Assembly: GCA_024224415.1 (NCBI GenBank)
Contig: JAAENK010000343.1
Span: 1-47,276, forward strand
Reading direction: 5' to 3'
DNA length: 47,276 nucleotides
DNA from: Gammaproteobacteria bacterium
GTDB lineage: Bacteria; Pseudomonadota; Gammaproteobacteria; GCA-001735895
The notes beneath the pieces were generated by a model. It had not been told where the DNA came from and did not search any database. It was given only the letters and a program-made list of their open reading frames with translations. This document shows positions 8,053 through 18,612 of this stretch, piece by piece. The first letter of the stretch is position 1; each line of letters begins with the position of its first letter. The translations under genes and the position numbers were made by a program.

Positions 8053-9210
8053 TCAGCGAGAACTAAACAAGGCCGGGTCCAACAAATTATGATGCCCTAG
8101 ATTAGCCAGTAAACGTTCTCCACATAGTGCCATCGTAATGTCGAGTTCATTATGGATAATATCAAGCGCCTGGCGGACGCCTGCCTCACCTTTGGCGGCC
8201 AGTCCATAAATAAAAGCCCGACCGATATAGGCACCCTTTGCGCCCATGCAAATAGCTTTGAGCACATCCTGCCCGGAACGAATACCACCATCGAAATGCA
8301 CTTCAGTATCGCTTCCCACCGCGTCTACAATCGCCGGTAAAGCGCTAATTGAGCTTTGCGCACCGTCGAGTTGACGGCCTCCGTGGTTGGAAACAATGAT
8401 GGCATCCGCACCAGCATTCGCCGCCATTTTTGCGTCCTCGGCATCGAGTATGCCTTTAATAATCAATTTACCGCCCCAGCGTTGCTTGATCCAGTCGATA
8501 TCATCCCAGCATAATTTGTGATCGAATTGCTCGGCGGACCAGGCCGATAGCGACGAGATGTCGCCAACACCTTTTACATGGCCGATAATATTGCCGAAAC
8601 CATGGCGGCGTGTTGACAGCATGTTTAAACACCACCGCGGACGGCTGATAATTTGCATGGCAGTATTGATAGAAAACTTTGGCGGCGCACTCAACCCATT
8701 GCGAATATCTTTATGGCGCTGTCCAAGAATTTGTAAATCGAGAGTCAACATCAAAGCACTGCAACCAGCGGCTTTAGCACGGTCAATTAGTCTGCCGATA
8801 AAATCCCGGTCACGCATCACATAAAGCTGAAACCAGAAAGGCTTGCTGGTGTGCTTCGCGACATCTTCGATTGAACAAATACTCATAGTTGAAAGCGTAA
8901 ACGGTACGCCGAATTTCTCCGCTGCAAGCGCTGCCTTGATTTCACCATCGGCGTGTTGCATACCCGTTAGTCCAACGGGCGAAAGCGCAACCGGCATAGC
9001 CACTTTTTGCCCGATCATCTCGGTGGCAACCGACCGCTCAGTCATATCGACGGCCACACGTTGGCGTAATTTAATCTTACTAAAATCACTCTGATTTTGT
9101 CGATAAGTCGACTCGGTCCAGGAACCTGAATCTACATAATCGAAAAACATTCGCGGCACACGTTTGCGCGCGAGTTCCTGTAAATCGGCAATATCACAGA
9201 TGGTTGGCAT
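8053..9210 (-). CDS. lldD: FMN-dependent alpha-hydroxy acid dehydrogenase, L-lactate dehydrogenase-like
   Basis: 385 aa. Collinear by eye with E. coli LldD, including PFWFQLYV, KGILDAEDA and VSNHGGRQLDG. Substrate specificity cannot be proven from sequence. Confidence 0.75.
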   Translation of the reverse strand: MPTICDIADLQELARKRVPRMFFDYVDSGSWTESTYRQNQSDFSKIKLRQRVAVDMTERSVATEMIGQKVAMPVALSPVGLTGMQHADGEIKAALAAEKFGVPFTLSTMSICSIEDVAKHTSKPFWFQLYVMRDRDFIGRLIDRAKAAGCSALMLTLDLQILGQRHKDIRNGLSAPPKFSINTAMQIISRPRWCLNMLSTRRHGFGNIIGHVKGVGDISSLSAWSAEQFDHKLCWDDIDWIKQRWGGKLIIKGILDAEDAKMAANAGADAIIVSNHGGRQLDGAQSSISALPAIVDAVGSDTEVHFDGGIRSGQDVLKAICMGAKGAYIGRAFIYGLAAKGEAGVRQALDIIHNELDITMALCGERLLANLGHHNLLDPALFSSR

Positions 9211-9304
9211 TCATGGATTCCCAGGGTAAGTCGACACCGCATTATAGCGACTTTGGCCTGTGTTACTATGTTCGTCAACGATTAGAAAAACCAACCTTAG
9301 CTAT

Positions 9305-9964
9305 ATGCTGTCGATTCGCCAGTTGAGTAAATCATTTCGCCAGCCCGAAGGTGACATTCAGGTATTCGACCAACTTGACTTTAATATGAACCCTGGCGCC
9401 TCGGTGGCGTTACTCGGTGAAAGTGGCAGCGGCAAGAGTACTTTGTTGCATTTAATCGCCGGTCTGGATCGGGTTGATGGTGGTGAAATCTATGTTGGTG
9501 ATTATCAAATTACCGTCATGTCCGAAGCCGAACTCGCAGAAATGCGCCGACAGCATCTCAGCCTGGTATTTCAGCAATTCCACTTAATTTCAACTTTGAA
9601 AGTCATCGACAATATCCGCTTTCAGGCCGCACTTTGTCAACGCTACGATGCCGATTACGAAATCCTGTTAATTGAACGATTGGGCCTGACCACGCAGTTG
9701 AAAAAGTACCCATACCAACTCTCGCGTGGTCAGCAACAACGCGTCGCCATCGCACGCTCGTTACTGCATAAACCGGCTTTGGTACTGGCCGATGAGCCAA
9801 CCGGCAACCTCGATGAGCAGTCCAGTCTAGAAGTCATGTCACTATTTAGTGAGCTAGTGAAAGATGCCGGTAGCAGCCTGCTGATGGCAACACATAGCCG
9901 CGACATGGCTGCTTTTCTGGACCGCGCCATACACCTGCACAATGGCAAACTAGATGCATGCTAG
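9305..9964 (+). CDS. ABC transporter ATP-binding protein (LolD/MacB/AttE-like)
   Basis: Walker A GESGSGKST, signature LSRGQQQR, Walker B LVLADEPTGNLD. The ATG at 9305 (MLSIRQLSKSF) is preferred over the upstream GTG at 9260. Confidence 0.85.
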   Translation: MLSIRQLSKSFRQPEGDIQVFDQLDFNMNPGASVALLGESGSGKSTLLHLIAGLDRVDGGEIYVGDYQITVMSEAELAEMRRQHLSLVFQQFHLISTLKVIDNIRFQAALCQRYDADYEILLIERLGLTTQLKKYPYQLSRGQQQRVAIARSLLHKPALVLADEPTGNLDEQSSLEVMSLFSELVKDAGSSLLMATHSRDMAAFLDRAIHLHNGKLDAC

Positions 9965-12440
9965 CCTGTACCTGGTCATCAGAGCGGTTCTCAGCCACTA
10001 CTGGTGTCACCGCTGGCAGACACTATTTTTGCTGGTAGGTCTCGTTGCCGGGGTTGGCCTGTGGAGTGCAGTACAGATTATCAACCAGCAGGCGCGCCTG
10101 AGTTATGCCGAAGCCGATTCATTGCTCGGCGTGCAGGCAGGTTACTGGATTCGCAGTCGCAACGATACAGGTGTAGAGGTGGCAGATTATATCCACCTGC
10201 GTCGAGCTGGTTTCCGGCAATTATTTCCGGTCGTAGAGGGCGAAGTCAGCACGCAGCGGGGCGAGCCTGTCAGCATTATCGCCACCGATTTGTTTGCGCT
10301 ACCCAGCAACCTGCTCGACGTTGACAAAATCGATCCTGCCACGGTTTGGCTGGACTTCGTACAACCACCTTACCGTGCATGGATACCGGCGCAGCTCGCC
10401 GATGAATTGAATCTTGAAAAAAATAGCCGCCTACCACTGCGCGATGGCCGGCTACTGCCACCGGCTTTGGTACAAAGCCATGCTCAACAGGGTCGGCAGA
10501 TATTGATGGATATAGCCGCGGCTTTCGAACTGCTGAATATGACTTCACTCAGTTACCTGGCTTTGGGTGCTATCAAACCCAACGAACTAGAGCGACTACA
10601 GAGCCTGTTACCGCAACAACTCGAACTCATCGAAAACCACCAACATCTCGACCTGCAACAATTAACCGAAAGCCTGCATACGCATTTGAGCGCGATGAGT
10701 TTGTTATCTTTTGCAGTAGGCATTTTTATCGTATTTAACGCAGTGCGATTTTCACTCTGGTATCGCCGTCCAACCTTTATCAATTTGCGCCTGATGGGTG
10801 TTAGCACTCGACTGCTAATGACATCGGTACTCATCGAAACCCTGTTCTGGAGCATCATCGGCACAACAGCCGGTGTACTGGTTGGTATGCAAATTGGTAA
10901 ATTATTACTACCCGGACTCAGCGCCAGTTTACATAGTCTTTACGACGCCACGGTAAATACCCAACTGATCTGGCAACTCGATACCATACTCAAAGCCTGG
11001 GGTATTACCCTGCTGGGACTATGCTGGGCGCTGGCCTGGCCCTTATACAGGCAACTCAAGCAGCATAGTCTGGCCTCTCGCGTTAGCGAAGATGAAAAAC
11101 AATCCCGACAACGTCTCACCAGGGCTGCTGTAGTACTGGTTGTTTGTTCCGTACTTTTGTATCCATATTTACAGGATGCTTTAAGCGGATTCCTGTTATT
11201 GGGTTTATTGTTGTTCAGTGCAGCCTGGTTTTTACCCAGCCTGCTTGCATTGGCTTTGCAAACAATTTCATGCTCTATCCCTGACCATCCCTTCATCGCC
11301 CGCTGGCTGGTCAGCGATGGCTGGTCACAATTACCCGCGCTACGCACCGCTATGATGGCATTGATGCTGGCGATGACGGCCAATTTAGGTGTCGGCACCC
11401 TGGTCGACAGTTTTCGCAACGCCTTTGTCGACTGGCTTGAAGTGCGCCAAAGCGCCGATATTTATTTGCGCTCATCACGGGTTGATTTTGGTCGATTGCT
11501 CGATCCGCAACAATCGTCGGCCTGGCTACAGCATAGCCACCGCCGCATCGGTGTGACCACACGCTGGCAATTTCGCCAGACCCTTATCCGCGGTGTTGAT
11601 AAACAGGCTCCCGATAGCCTGAACCTGCCGCTGGCGCAATGGTCTGCGGATAGTCCAGCAAAAACTCTGGCATTATGGCGAGCCGATGCCAACAGCCTGC
11701 TCGTCAATGAACAGTCGCATTATCTTGGTGGTTTACAACTAGGGGACAAGATAGATCTCGAAACCGCTAATGGCCCAAAAAGTTATCGGGTACTGGGGTT
11801 TTTTTACGACTATGGTAATCCATATTTTCAGTTTTACCTGTCGCGCGAAGAGGTGGTGCGACAATGGCCGCAACACTACTCCCGCGGTGTCGCACTCTGG
11901 TTGAACCCGCAAAATGAAAATGCTGTTCTGCTTGCCGAAGCAGCAATGCGCGCAGCTGGTGCATCAGCAGGTGACTGGATTTCGCAACTGCAGGTACGCA
12001 AACTGTCATTAAATATCTTCGAGCGCACCTTCACCATAACCGCCGCGATGAACGCACTCACCATGATCGTCGCCGCTATCGCATTACTGGCATCATTGCT
12101 GGCAATACTACAGGAGCGATTACCTCAATTTGCTCAGTGGCGAGCCTTGGGCGTTCGTAGCAGAGAACAATTCTTCATCATCGCATGTCCGATTTTGATT
12201 TTCGTCACTGTTGCCTGGCTATTGGCGATCCCACTAGGTGCATTACTAAGCTGGCTACTCATTCACAAGCTCAATATCGTCAGCTTCGGCTGGAGTATGC
12301 CGATGCTTTGGGAAATGGCCCCGGCATGGCGGCTTGGCGGGATTATTTTGCTCGTAGTATGCGCTACGCTGGCAATGACCGGCTGGCAATTGCGACGACG
12401 GTTGCCGGATGCGCTGGCTCAGCTTGGGGAAATGGATTGA
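9954..12440 (+). CDS. ABC transporter permease with duplicated FtsX-like domains (YbbP/AttFG-like)
   Basis: 828 aa with two blocks of about 4 TM helices separated by a large soluble region. Its start overlaps the upstream ATPase stop by 11 nt. Confidence 0.8.
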   Translation: MHASLYLVIRAVLSHYWCHRWQTLFLLVGLVAGVGLWSAVQIINQQARLSYAEADSLLGVQAGYWIRSRNDTGVEVADYIHLRRAGFRQLFPVVEGEVSTQRGEPVSIIATDLFALPSNLLDVDKIDPATVWLDFVQPPYRAWIPAQLADELNLEKNSRLPLRDGRLLPPALVQSHAQQGRQILMDIAAAFELLNMTSLSYLALGAIKPNELERLQSLLPQQLELIENHQHLDLQQLTESLHTHLSAMSLLSFAVGIFIVFNAVRFSLWYRRPTFINLRLMGVSTRLLMTSVLIETLFWSIIGTTAGVLVGMQIGKLLLPGLSASLHSLYDATVNTQLIWQLDTILKAWGITLLGLCWALAWPLYRQLKQHSLASRVSEDEKQSRQRLTRAAVVLVVCSVLLYPYLQDALSGFLLLGLLLFSAAWFLPSLLALALQTISCSIPDHPFIARWLVSDGWSQLPALRTAMMALMLAMTANLGVGTLVDSFRNAFVDWLEVRQSADIYLRSSRVDFGRLLDPQQSSAWLQHSHRRIGVTTRWQFRQTLIRGVDKQAPDSLNLPLAQWSADSPAKTLALWRADANSLLVNEQSHYLGGLQLGDKIDLETANGPKSYRVLGFFYDYGNPYFQFYLSREEVVRQWPQHYSRGVALWLNPQNENAVLLAEAAMRAAGASAGDWISQLQVRKLSLNIFERTFTITAAMNALTMIVAAIALLASLLAILQERLPQFAQWRALGVRSREQFFIIACPILIFVTVAWLLAIPLGALLSWLLIHKLNIVSFGWSMPMLWEMAPAWRLGGIILLVVCATLAMTGWQLRRRLPDALAQLGEMD

Positions 12441-13498
12441 AGCGATTTGTAATAATATTGCTGCTCCTGCAAACTGCATTGGCTGATGATACCTTTCAGG
12501 TATTGCGCAACAAAGCCGAAGGTTTTGCCCAGGTAGTGCCTGGCAAGTCGATTGTGTTTCCAGCCGATCACGGAGCACACCCCGACTACCGTATAGAATG
12601 GTGGTATTTAACCGCCAACCTGGTTGACCAAAAGGGACGTGACTGGGGTATACAATGGACTTTGTTCAGGCAGGCATTGTCAGCACAAACCGAACAGACC
12701 GGCTGGTCAAGCGACCAGATGTGGATGGCGCACGCAGCGGTCAGCACGCCGGACGGACATCAATTTGAGCAACGTTTTGCCCGTGGCGGCATCGGTCAGG
12801 CCAGTGTTGTTAACATGCCTCAATTTGAGGCCTGGATCGATGACTGGCAATGGCTTTCGGAAACTCCATCACCTCTTCCTGCGACACTGAAATTCAATGT
12901 GAGCGAAATAAAGGTTGAGATGCAATTATCTAGTACCGACGAATGGGTTTTACACGGTGATCACGGGTACAGCCGAAAGTCTGCACAGGGACAGGCCAGT
13001 TACTATTATAGCCAACCACAAATCGGGATCAGTGGCCAAATCGGCGAGCATCGTCTATCGGGCTCTGCCTGGTTGGACAGGGAATGGAGTTCACAACCAC
13101 TGGCGGATAACCAGAGTGGTTGGGACTGGTTTTCTTTACATTTAAACGATGGCGCCAAACTCATGTTGTATCGATTACGTCATGCTGACGGTGAGCACTG
13201 GTTGAGTGGTAGCTGGATCGACCAGAGTGGTTTTTTAAAACATCTGGGTAGTGACTCCATTGAAATGTCCGAACTAGCTTTTCGTGAAGTGAAGATTGAT
13301 CAACAAAATAGTCTCAGGCTACCGCTTGATTGGCGGATTAACCTGCCTGTATTAAATCGTCAATTACAAATCAAACCGCTTTATGACCAACAATGGATGG
13401 GGACACGTTTCCCATATTGGGAGGGTATGGTTCTGGTTGAAGATAATGAGGGCAACAGAGTTGGCGAGGGGTATATGGAGTTGACTGGATACCAATAA
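12437..13498 (+). CDS. Secreted lipocalin-like / CrtC-like hydratase-fold protein (AttH-like)
   Basis: A TTG at 12437 overlaps the permease stop (TTGA) and gives a signal peptide MKRFVIILLLLQTALA/DD. The block FPADHGAHPDYRIEWWYLTANL...WGIQWTLFR is the AttH/CrtC-family N-terminal signature. The track ORF from 12185 is an in-frame read-through of permease coding DNA. Confidence 0.75.
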   Translation: MKRFVIILLLLQTALADDTFQVLRNKAEGFAQVVPGKSIVFPADHGAHPDYRIEWWYLTANLVDQKGRDWGIQWTLFRQALSAQTEQTGWSSDQMWMAHAAVSTPDGHQFEQRFARGGIGQASVVNMPQFEAWIDDWQWLSETPSPLPATLKFNVSEIKVEMQLSSTDEWVLHGDHGYSRKSAQGQASYYYSQPQIGISGQIGEHRLSGSAWLDREWSSQPLADNQSGWDWFSLHLNDGAKLMLYRLRHADGEHWLSGSWIDQSGFLKHLGSDSIEMSELAFREVKIDQQNSLRLPLDWRINLPVLNRQLQIKPLYDQQWMGTRFPYWEGMVLVEDNEGNRVGEGYMELTGYQ

Positions 13499-13615
13499 TG
13501 GTATGAGCATGATTTGTTCCACACTCTAGTTTTTCAGGCTTAATTTTGGATTTTATTTATGATTTTTCCCTCGTGTTCTAGCCCCAGGGTGGCAGGATAG
13601 GTTGATGTATTATAG

Positions 13616-15238
13616 TTACGATTTTCCAGCCTTAGACATCGCCTGGTTGACTTCATCCTGATCCCAGTAGCCGATAAAAATACCTTCATCCAACTCATTG
13701 CCACGGCTGGTTTCGATTTGCTCGTCGGTTAAGGTGATTCGGTTGTGATGTTTTAACGACCATTTCAAAATTGCCCATTCGAAGCGTTGGCAAATATTCT
13801 GGTACTTCTCGCTAGTACCCAGATCATTGAGTTCTTGCGGGTCTTGTTGCAGGTCAAATAACAACGGCCGCATGCCTTCAACGTAGATATATTTGTATTG
13901 TTTATCGCGCACCATGACGGCTCGTGCATCGGTGCTCGCCATGTTTAGTTGAATACAGGCATAGCTTGAGGCGTAGTCTAATTCGGAAAAAGCGTAGCGG
14001 CGTAAGGGTTTATTTTCACCGTGTAATAATGGCAGCAGGGAATGCCCTTCGAGCACATTCTTTTTGATCCTGCCGCCCATGTATTCGATAAAGGTAGGAG
14101 CCAGATCAATTGATTCAACTAGCTGCTGACTGGTGTGCCCACGCGTCCCATCGGCGTCTTTTGATGGGTCAAAAATAATGAGCGGTATTTTGACCGCAGC
14201 ATCATGAAATAACTCTTTATCACCAAGCCAGTGGTCACCCAGGTAGTCGCCATGATCGGAGGTAAACACAATCATGGTGTCTTCGTTTAATCCCCGTTTT
14301 TCCAGGTGCGCAAACAATAAACCGAGTTGGTCATCAAGTTGTTTGATCAAGCCCATATAAGTGGGGATTACGCGTTCGCGGAAATCGTCACGGCTACAGG
14401 TTTGAGAGTAGTTGTGTTGCATAAAGGCGTTGAGTAATGGGTGGGTGTTTTGTGTTTCTTCTTCGCTACGAATAGCCGCTTGCACCTGGGTGCTGTTATA
14501 CATGTTGTGATAGGGTGCCGGCGCCATATACGGCCAGTGGGGCTTGATATATGACAGGTGTAAACACCACGGCGTATCGTTGGCGTCGTCGATAAAATCC
14601 ATGGCACGCCGGGTTAAATAGGGTGTTTCTGAATAGTAGTCTGGGATCCGTGCGGGCTTATCCGCATTTTCCATCAACCAGCCAGAGAGCAATTCCCCCG
14701 ATTCCCCTTTCGCGGAGTTGGCCCAGGATTGCCAGGGGTTTGCTCCGTCGAAACCATTGTCGTTCAGGTATTGGTTATATCTTGGACACGCATCCTGGTA
14801 TGCGTCGGGGTGCAATCCGTCATCTCGCTCGTACACCTCAAAACCACACTCAGCATTGAACAATCCAATTTCTGATTCACAGTCAATACCCAGGCGCTTC
14901 ATCCCTTCGCGGTCAGCTCGCATATGTGTTTTACCTAACAGGACATTGCGTACACCAATCGCATTTAAATGATCGCCCAGGGTTGGTTCACCAATACGCA
15001 ATGGTGTGCAATTCCATGTCGAGCCATGCGAGCGTACATAACGCCCGGTATAAAAACTCATACGCGAAGGGCCACAAATAGGTGATTGCGCGTAGGCGTT
15101 GTTAAAGCGAATCCCTTTGGCCGCTAACGCGTCAACATTAGGAGTGTGTAGATGCTCGTGACCGTAACAACTCAAGTAGTCAAAACGTAGTTGATCGCAC
15201 ATGATGAATAAAATATTCTTTTGCATTAGTAAGCCCAT
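13616..15238 (-). CDS. Alkaline-phosphatase superfamily sulfatase / phosphonate monoester hydrolase-like enzyme
   Basis: NILFIMCDQLRFDY plus a Cys-type formylglycine motif, SPICGPSRMSFYTGRY. The start is either 15238 (MGLLMQKN) or 15226 (MQKN). The upstream 32 codons in the track ORF look non-coding. Confidence 0.8.
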   Translation of the reverse strand: MGLLMQKNILFIMCDQLRFDYLSCYGHEHLHTPNVDALAAKGIRFNNAYAQSPICGPSRMSFYTGRYVRSHGSTWNCTPLRIGEPTLGDHLNAIGVRNVLLGKTHMRADREGMKRLGIDCESEIGLFNAECGFEVYERDDGLHPDAYQDACPRYNQYLNDNGFDGANPWQSWANSAKGESGELLSGWLMENADKPARIPDYYSETPYLTRRAMDFIDDANDTPWCLHLSYIKPHWPYMAPAPYHNMYNSTQVQAAIRSEEETQNTHPLLNAFMQHNYSQTCSRDDFRERVIPTYMGLIKQLDDQLGLLFAHLEKRGLNEDTMIVFTSDHGDYLGDHWLGDKELFHDAAVKIPLIIFDPSKDADGTRGHTSQQLVESIDLAPTFIEYMGGRIKKNVLEGHSLLPLLHGENKPLRRYAFSELDYASSYACIQLNMASTDARAVMVRDKQYKYIYVEGMRPLLFDLQQDPQELNDLGTSEKYQNICQRFEWAILKWSLKHHNRITLTDEQIETSRGNELDEGIFIGYWDQDEVNQAMSKAGKS

Positions 15239-15368
15239 TATCGGATTAGAATGATAGCTTCTTGCTCGAATTCGTTTTCGAGGAGAATTGTGACACGATA
15301 GTGATAAAACAAGATAATATTTATGCACGGACAATATATAATCCCCGCTTTTGCAGGCAACAAATCAA

Positions 15369-16037
15369 ATGTCCGATTCCCCGATAGTGGTTGAAACCGG
15401 TTCCAGTCCGGCCGATAGTTGTGTGATCTGGTTGCATGGCCTGGGAGCAGATGGGCATGATTTCGAGCCCATTGTGCCGGAGCTGAAACTTTCCCCGGAA
15501 CTCAATATTCGTTTTATTTTTCCACACGCGCCGATGATGCCGGTGACGATTAATCAGGGTTTTGTGATGCGGGCCTGGTATAACGTTACATCTTCCGATA
15601 TCGCTTCGGAGCCTGATGAAGAGAATATTTGCAAATCGGCTGAGCTGGTGAATCACCTGGTTGATGAGCAAATTACCGCAGGCATTTCGGCAAATCGAAT
15701 CGTGCTGGCCGGGTTTTCGCAGGGTGGTGCGATTGTATTGCAGGCGGGTTTGCGGCAAATGAATAAGCTGGCGGGAATTATGGCATTATCGACTTATTTA
15801 ACCCTGCCAGAAAAACTTGCGGCTGAAAAGAGCGAAATCAACCAGGACATGCCTATCTTTCTCGCACATGGGACTATCGATCAGGTAATTCCCGTTGATC
15901 TGGCTTATAGCACACGCGGTCGACTGGAGAAGGCGGGTTATAAACTCGACTGGCAGGAATACGAACACATGCCGCATAGCGTGTCACTGGATGAAATCAA
16001 TCATATCAGCGACTGGTTGAACCGCATCCTTGCGTAG
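15369..16037 (+). CDS. Phospholipase/carboxylesterase family alpha/beta hydrolase
   Basis: CVIWLHGLGADGHDF, nucleophile elbow GFSQGGA, C-terminal HGTIDQVIP...MPHS. Length is typical of carboxylesterase 2 (EstB-like). Confidence 0.8.
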   Translation: MSDSPIVVETGSSPADSCVIWLHGLGADGHDFEPIVPELKLSPELNIRFIFPHAPMMPVTINQGFVMRAWYNVTSSDIASEPDEENICKSAELVNHLVDEQITAGISANRIVLAGFSQGGAIVLQAGLRQMNKLAGIMALSTYLTLPEKLAAEKSEINQDMPIFLAHGTIDQVIPVDLAYSTRGRLEKAGYKLDWQEYEHMPHSVSLDEINHISDWLNRILA

Positions 16038-16068
16038 GGGCAGCCCTTGTGGTTGCCCTGATTTGGTT

Positions 16069-17457
16069 TTAATCCAGAATCAATTTCCGCCCGGCTTCAA
16101 CCTGCAAATAAACCTGGTCAGGTGCGGTGCCGCCGACGATATTTCTGGCATTCACCGAGCCTTCCAGTGTCAACACTTCAAACACATCCGCTTCGATGCG
16201 ATTGTTAAACCCCTGCATTTCTTCTAGCGATAATTCGCTCAAGTCTTTCCCCTGCTGAATACCAAAGGCCACGGCATTGCCCACCACTTCATGCGCGTCG
16301 CGAAACGGCAAGCCTTTGTTAACCAGGTAGTCCGCGAGGTCGGTAGCGGTGGCGTATCCCTGTTTCGCGGCAGCGTACATGGCATCCCTGTTGACATTAA
16401 GATTTGGCACCATGTCGCCGAAGGCGCGCAGGCTGCCGCTGAGAGTTTCCAGGGTATCGAATAGTGGCTCCTTGTCTTCCTGGTTGTCTTTGTTGTACGC
16501 CAGCGGCTGTGATTTCATCAGGGTTAATAAACTGACCAGATGTCCATTCACACGCCCGCTTTTGCCACGTACCAGTTCAGGCACATCGGGGTTTTTTTTC
16601 TGAGGCATGATCGACGAGCCGGTGCAATAACGGTCGGGCAATTGAATAAAGTTAAACTGCGCCGATGACCATAGCACCAGTTCCTCCGCCATGCGTGACA
16701 GGTGCGTCATGCAAATCGCCGCTGTGGCGCAAAATTCGATGGCGAAATCACGATCACTTACGGCATCGAGTGAATTGCGGCAGGGCATGTCGAAGTCGAG
16801 CAATTTTGCGGTGTAATGTCGGTCTAGCGGATAGGAGGTACCCGCCAGTGCCGCTGCGCCAAGCGGCAACTGGTTCATGCGCTGTTGACAGTCGGCGAGG
16901 CGACTGTGATCGCGTTCGAGCATTTCAAACCAGGCCAGCATGTGATGACCGAAGGTAATCGGCTGCGCGACCTGCAAATGCGTAAAGCCGGGTAGTATCG
17001 TTTCCGCCTCGCTCTCGGCGAGGTTGAGCAGGCCGGCCTGAAAATATCGGATCTGGTCGAGCAGCTGTTTAATCGCCTGGCGCAGATAAAGCCGAATATC
17101 GGTAGCCACCTGGTCGTTACGTGAGCGCCCGGTATGCAGCTTCTTTCCCGCATCGCCGATGAGTTGCGTGAGCCGTGATTCGATATTCATGTGTACATCT
17201 TCGAGGCTTACCGACCACTCGAAGCTGCCATTGTCGATTTCCTCGGTAATTTGCGCCATGCCTTTTTCGATTGCAGTCAGCTCGTCGTCATCGAGTATGC
17301 CGATACGGTGCAGCATTTTGGCGTGAGCCAATGAACCCTGGATATCGACCAGTGCCATGCGTTGGTCGAAAAATACCGAAGCGGTAAAGGCTTCGACAAA
17401 GGCGTCGGTGGGTTCGCTAAACCGTCCACCCCACATACGGGAATCCTGTTTGCTCAT
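16069..17457 (-). CDS. argH: Argininosuccinate lyase
   Basis: 462 aa with [11 protein letters not shown] at the N-terminus and the fumarate-lyase signature [12 protein letters not shown]. Divergent from algZ, as in Pseudomonas. Confidence 0.95.
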   Translation of the reverse strand: MSKQDSRMWGGRFSEPTDAFVEAFTASVFFDQRMALVDIQGSLAHAKMLHRIGILDDDELTAIEKGMAQITEEIDNGSFEWSVSLEDVHMNIESRLTQLIGDAGKKLHTGRSRNDQVATDIRLYLRQAIKQLLDQIRYFQAGLLNLAESEAETILPGFTHLQVAQPITFGHHMLAWFEMLERDHSRLADCQQRMNQLPLGAAALAGTSYPLDRHYTAKLLDFDMPCRNSLDAVSDRDFAIEFCATAAICMTHLSRMAEELVLWSSAQFNFIQLPDRYCTGSSIMPQKKNPDVPELVRGKSGRVNGHLVSLLTLMKSQPLAYNKDNQEDKEPLFDTLETLSGSLRAFGDMVPNLNVNRDAMYAAAKQGYATATDLADYLVNKGLPFRDAHEVVGNAVAFGIQQGKDLSELSLEEMQGFNNRIEADVFEVLTLEGSVNARNIVGGTAPDQVYLQVEAGRKLILD

Positions 17458-17548
17458 AGTTGTTTGCTTGAAGTCATCGTAAAGTACAGCGAAAATTTGG
17501 CGAAGATTGTTGTATGCTTGCAGCGCAAGACGAACAAATCAACCGTTT

Positions 17549-18610
17549 ATGCCCCATTACGGAGAAAAAAATATCATAGAATCGAAAAACCGAGGCTACC
17601 TCCCCGATTTCTGCAACACCGATGTCTTCCTGCGTGCACTGCTGGTGGTCGAGTTGATCGCCATCGTTTTCGCGTTAGTGAGTTATCAAAGTGGTAGCTT
17701 CTATGTTCACATCGCATTGATCTCGGTGCTCATGCTCTGGGTTGGATTATGTGTTGCTGCGATTCTGTGCTGGATAAATCGACTCGGTTGGTTGAGGACG
17801 ACAGTGAGCACCACGGTCTGGAGTATCGGTGTTACTCTGCTCATAACGCTACTCATCACACTGCTCAGCGTCGTCCTGGAGTCTACCATGCGCATCAGCA
17901 ATCAATCCCAGGGTATGGCTTATTTGCTGGTCCGCAATGGGGCGGTAGCGGTGATACTGATAGGTTTGGCGTTACGCTATTTTTATCTCGAATTCGAATC
18001 CAAGTTAATTCTGGAAGTACAGGCGCAGGCACGATTACAGGCGTTGCAGGCACGTATACGGCCACATTTCCTTTTCAATAGTATGAATACCATCGCCAGC
18101 CTCACACACGATGAACCCGACCTTGCCGAGCAGAGTATCGAAAACCTGTCGGATCTGTTTCGTGCCAGTCTCGCCGCTGAATCGAGTGTTAGCCTGCAAC
18201 AGGAGTTGGAGCTGACGCGGAGTTATATCGAACTCGAATCGTTGCGCCTGGGTGATCGCTTGCAGATTAACTGGTCTGTCCCCTCACCGACGCCAGAGCT
18301 ACTATTACCGGCGCTGACCTTACAACCGCTGGTTGAGAATGCTATTTATCACGGTGTCGAACCTATTTACGAAGGCGGTACCATCGATATTATCGTGCGG
18401 TCAGAATCGACTGCCATCGAAATTGTTATTACCAACCCGGTGCTCGAAGATCGTAGCCAACAACATCATGATGGTAATCAAATGGCGGTGGACAATATCC
18501 GCGAACGCTTACATATCGCTTTTGGGGGCGAGGCGGCTATGCAGCTCAGCGAAGTCGATGAACTGTTTACTGTTACCCTGACGCTCCCGACAAATACAGG
18601 CGAGGACTAA
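17549..18610 (+). CDS. algZ: LytS/YehU-type sensor histidine kinase (AlgZ/FimS-like)
   Basis: N-terminal YLPDFCNTDVF, four TM segments, then the His_kinase motif RIRPHFLFNSMNTIASL and a HATPase-like C-terminus. Start uncertain: 17507 or 17549. Confidence 0.8.
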   Translation: MPHYGEKNIIESKNRGYLPDFCNTDVFLRALLVVELIAIVFALVSYQSGSFYVHIALISVLMLWVGLCVAAILCWINRLGWLRTTVSTTVWSIGVTLLITLLITLLSVVLESTMRISNQSQGMAYLLVRNGAVAVILIGLALRYFYLEFESKLILEVQAQARLQALQARIRPHFLFNSMNTIASLTHDEPDLAEQSIENLSDLFRASLAAESSVSLQQELELTRSYIELESLRLGDRLQINWSVPSPTPELLLPALTLQPLVENAIYHGVEPIYEGGTIDIIVRSESTAIEIVITNPVLEDRSQQHHDGNQMAVDNIRERLHIAFGGEAAMQLSEVDELFTVTLTLPTNTGED

Positions 18611-18612
18611 GT

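Noticed and set aside
12185-12436. Upstream 84 codons of the track ORF 12185..13498, overlapping the permease gene
   Set aside because: This part lies inside the well-supported FtsX permease frame and translates to Arg/Cys-rich nonsense. A TTG at 12437 yields a proper signal peptide and the usual stop/start overlap.
15321-15758. 145-aa minus-strand ORF overlapping the start of the esterase gene
   Set aside because: It is antisense to a gene with clear alpha/beta-hydrolase motifs. The translation is Arg/His/Cys-rich with no family resemblance.
16038-16058. Short hairpin GGGCA...TGCCC between the esterase and argH, considered as a bidirectional terminator
   Set aside because: It is only a 5-bp stem with an 11-nt loop, too weak to call.
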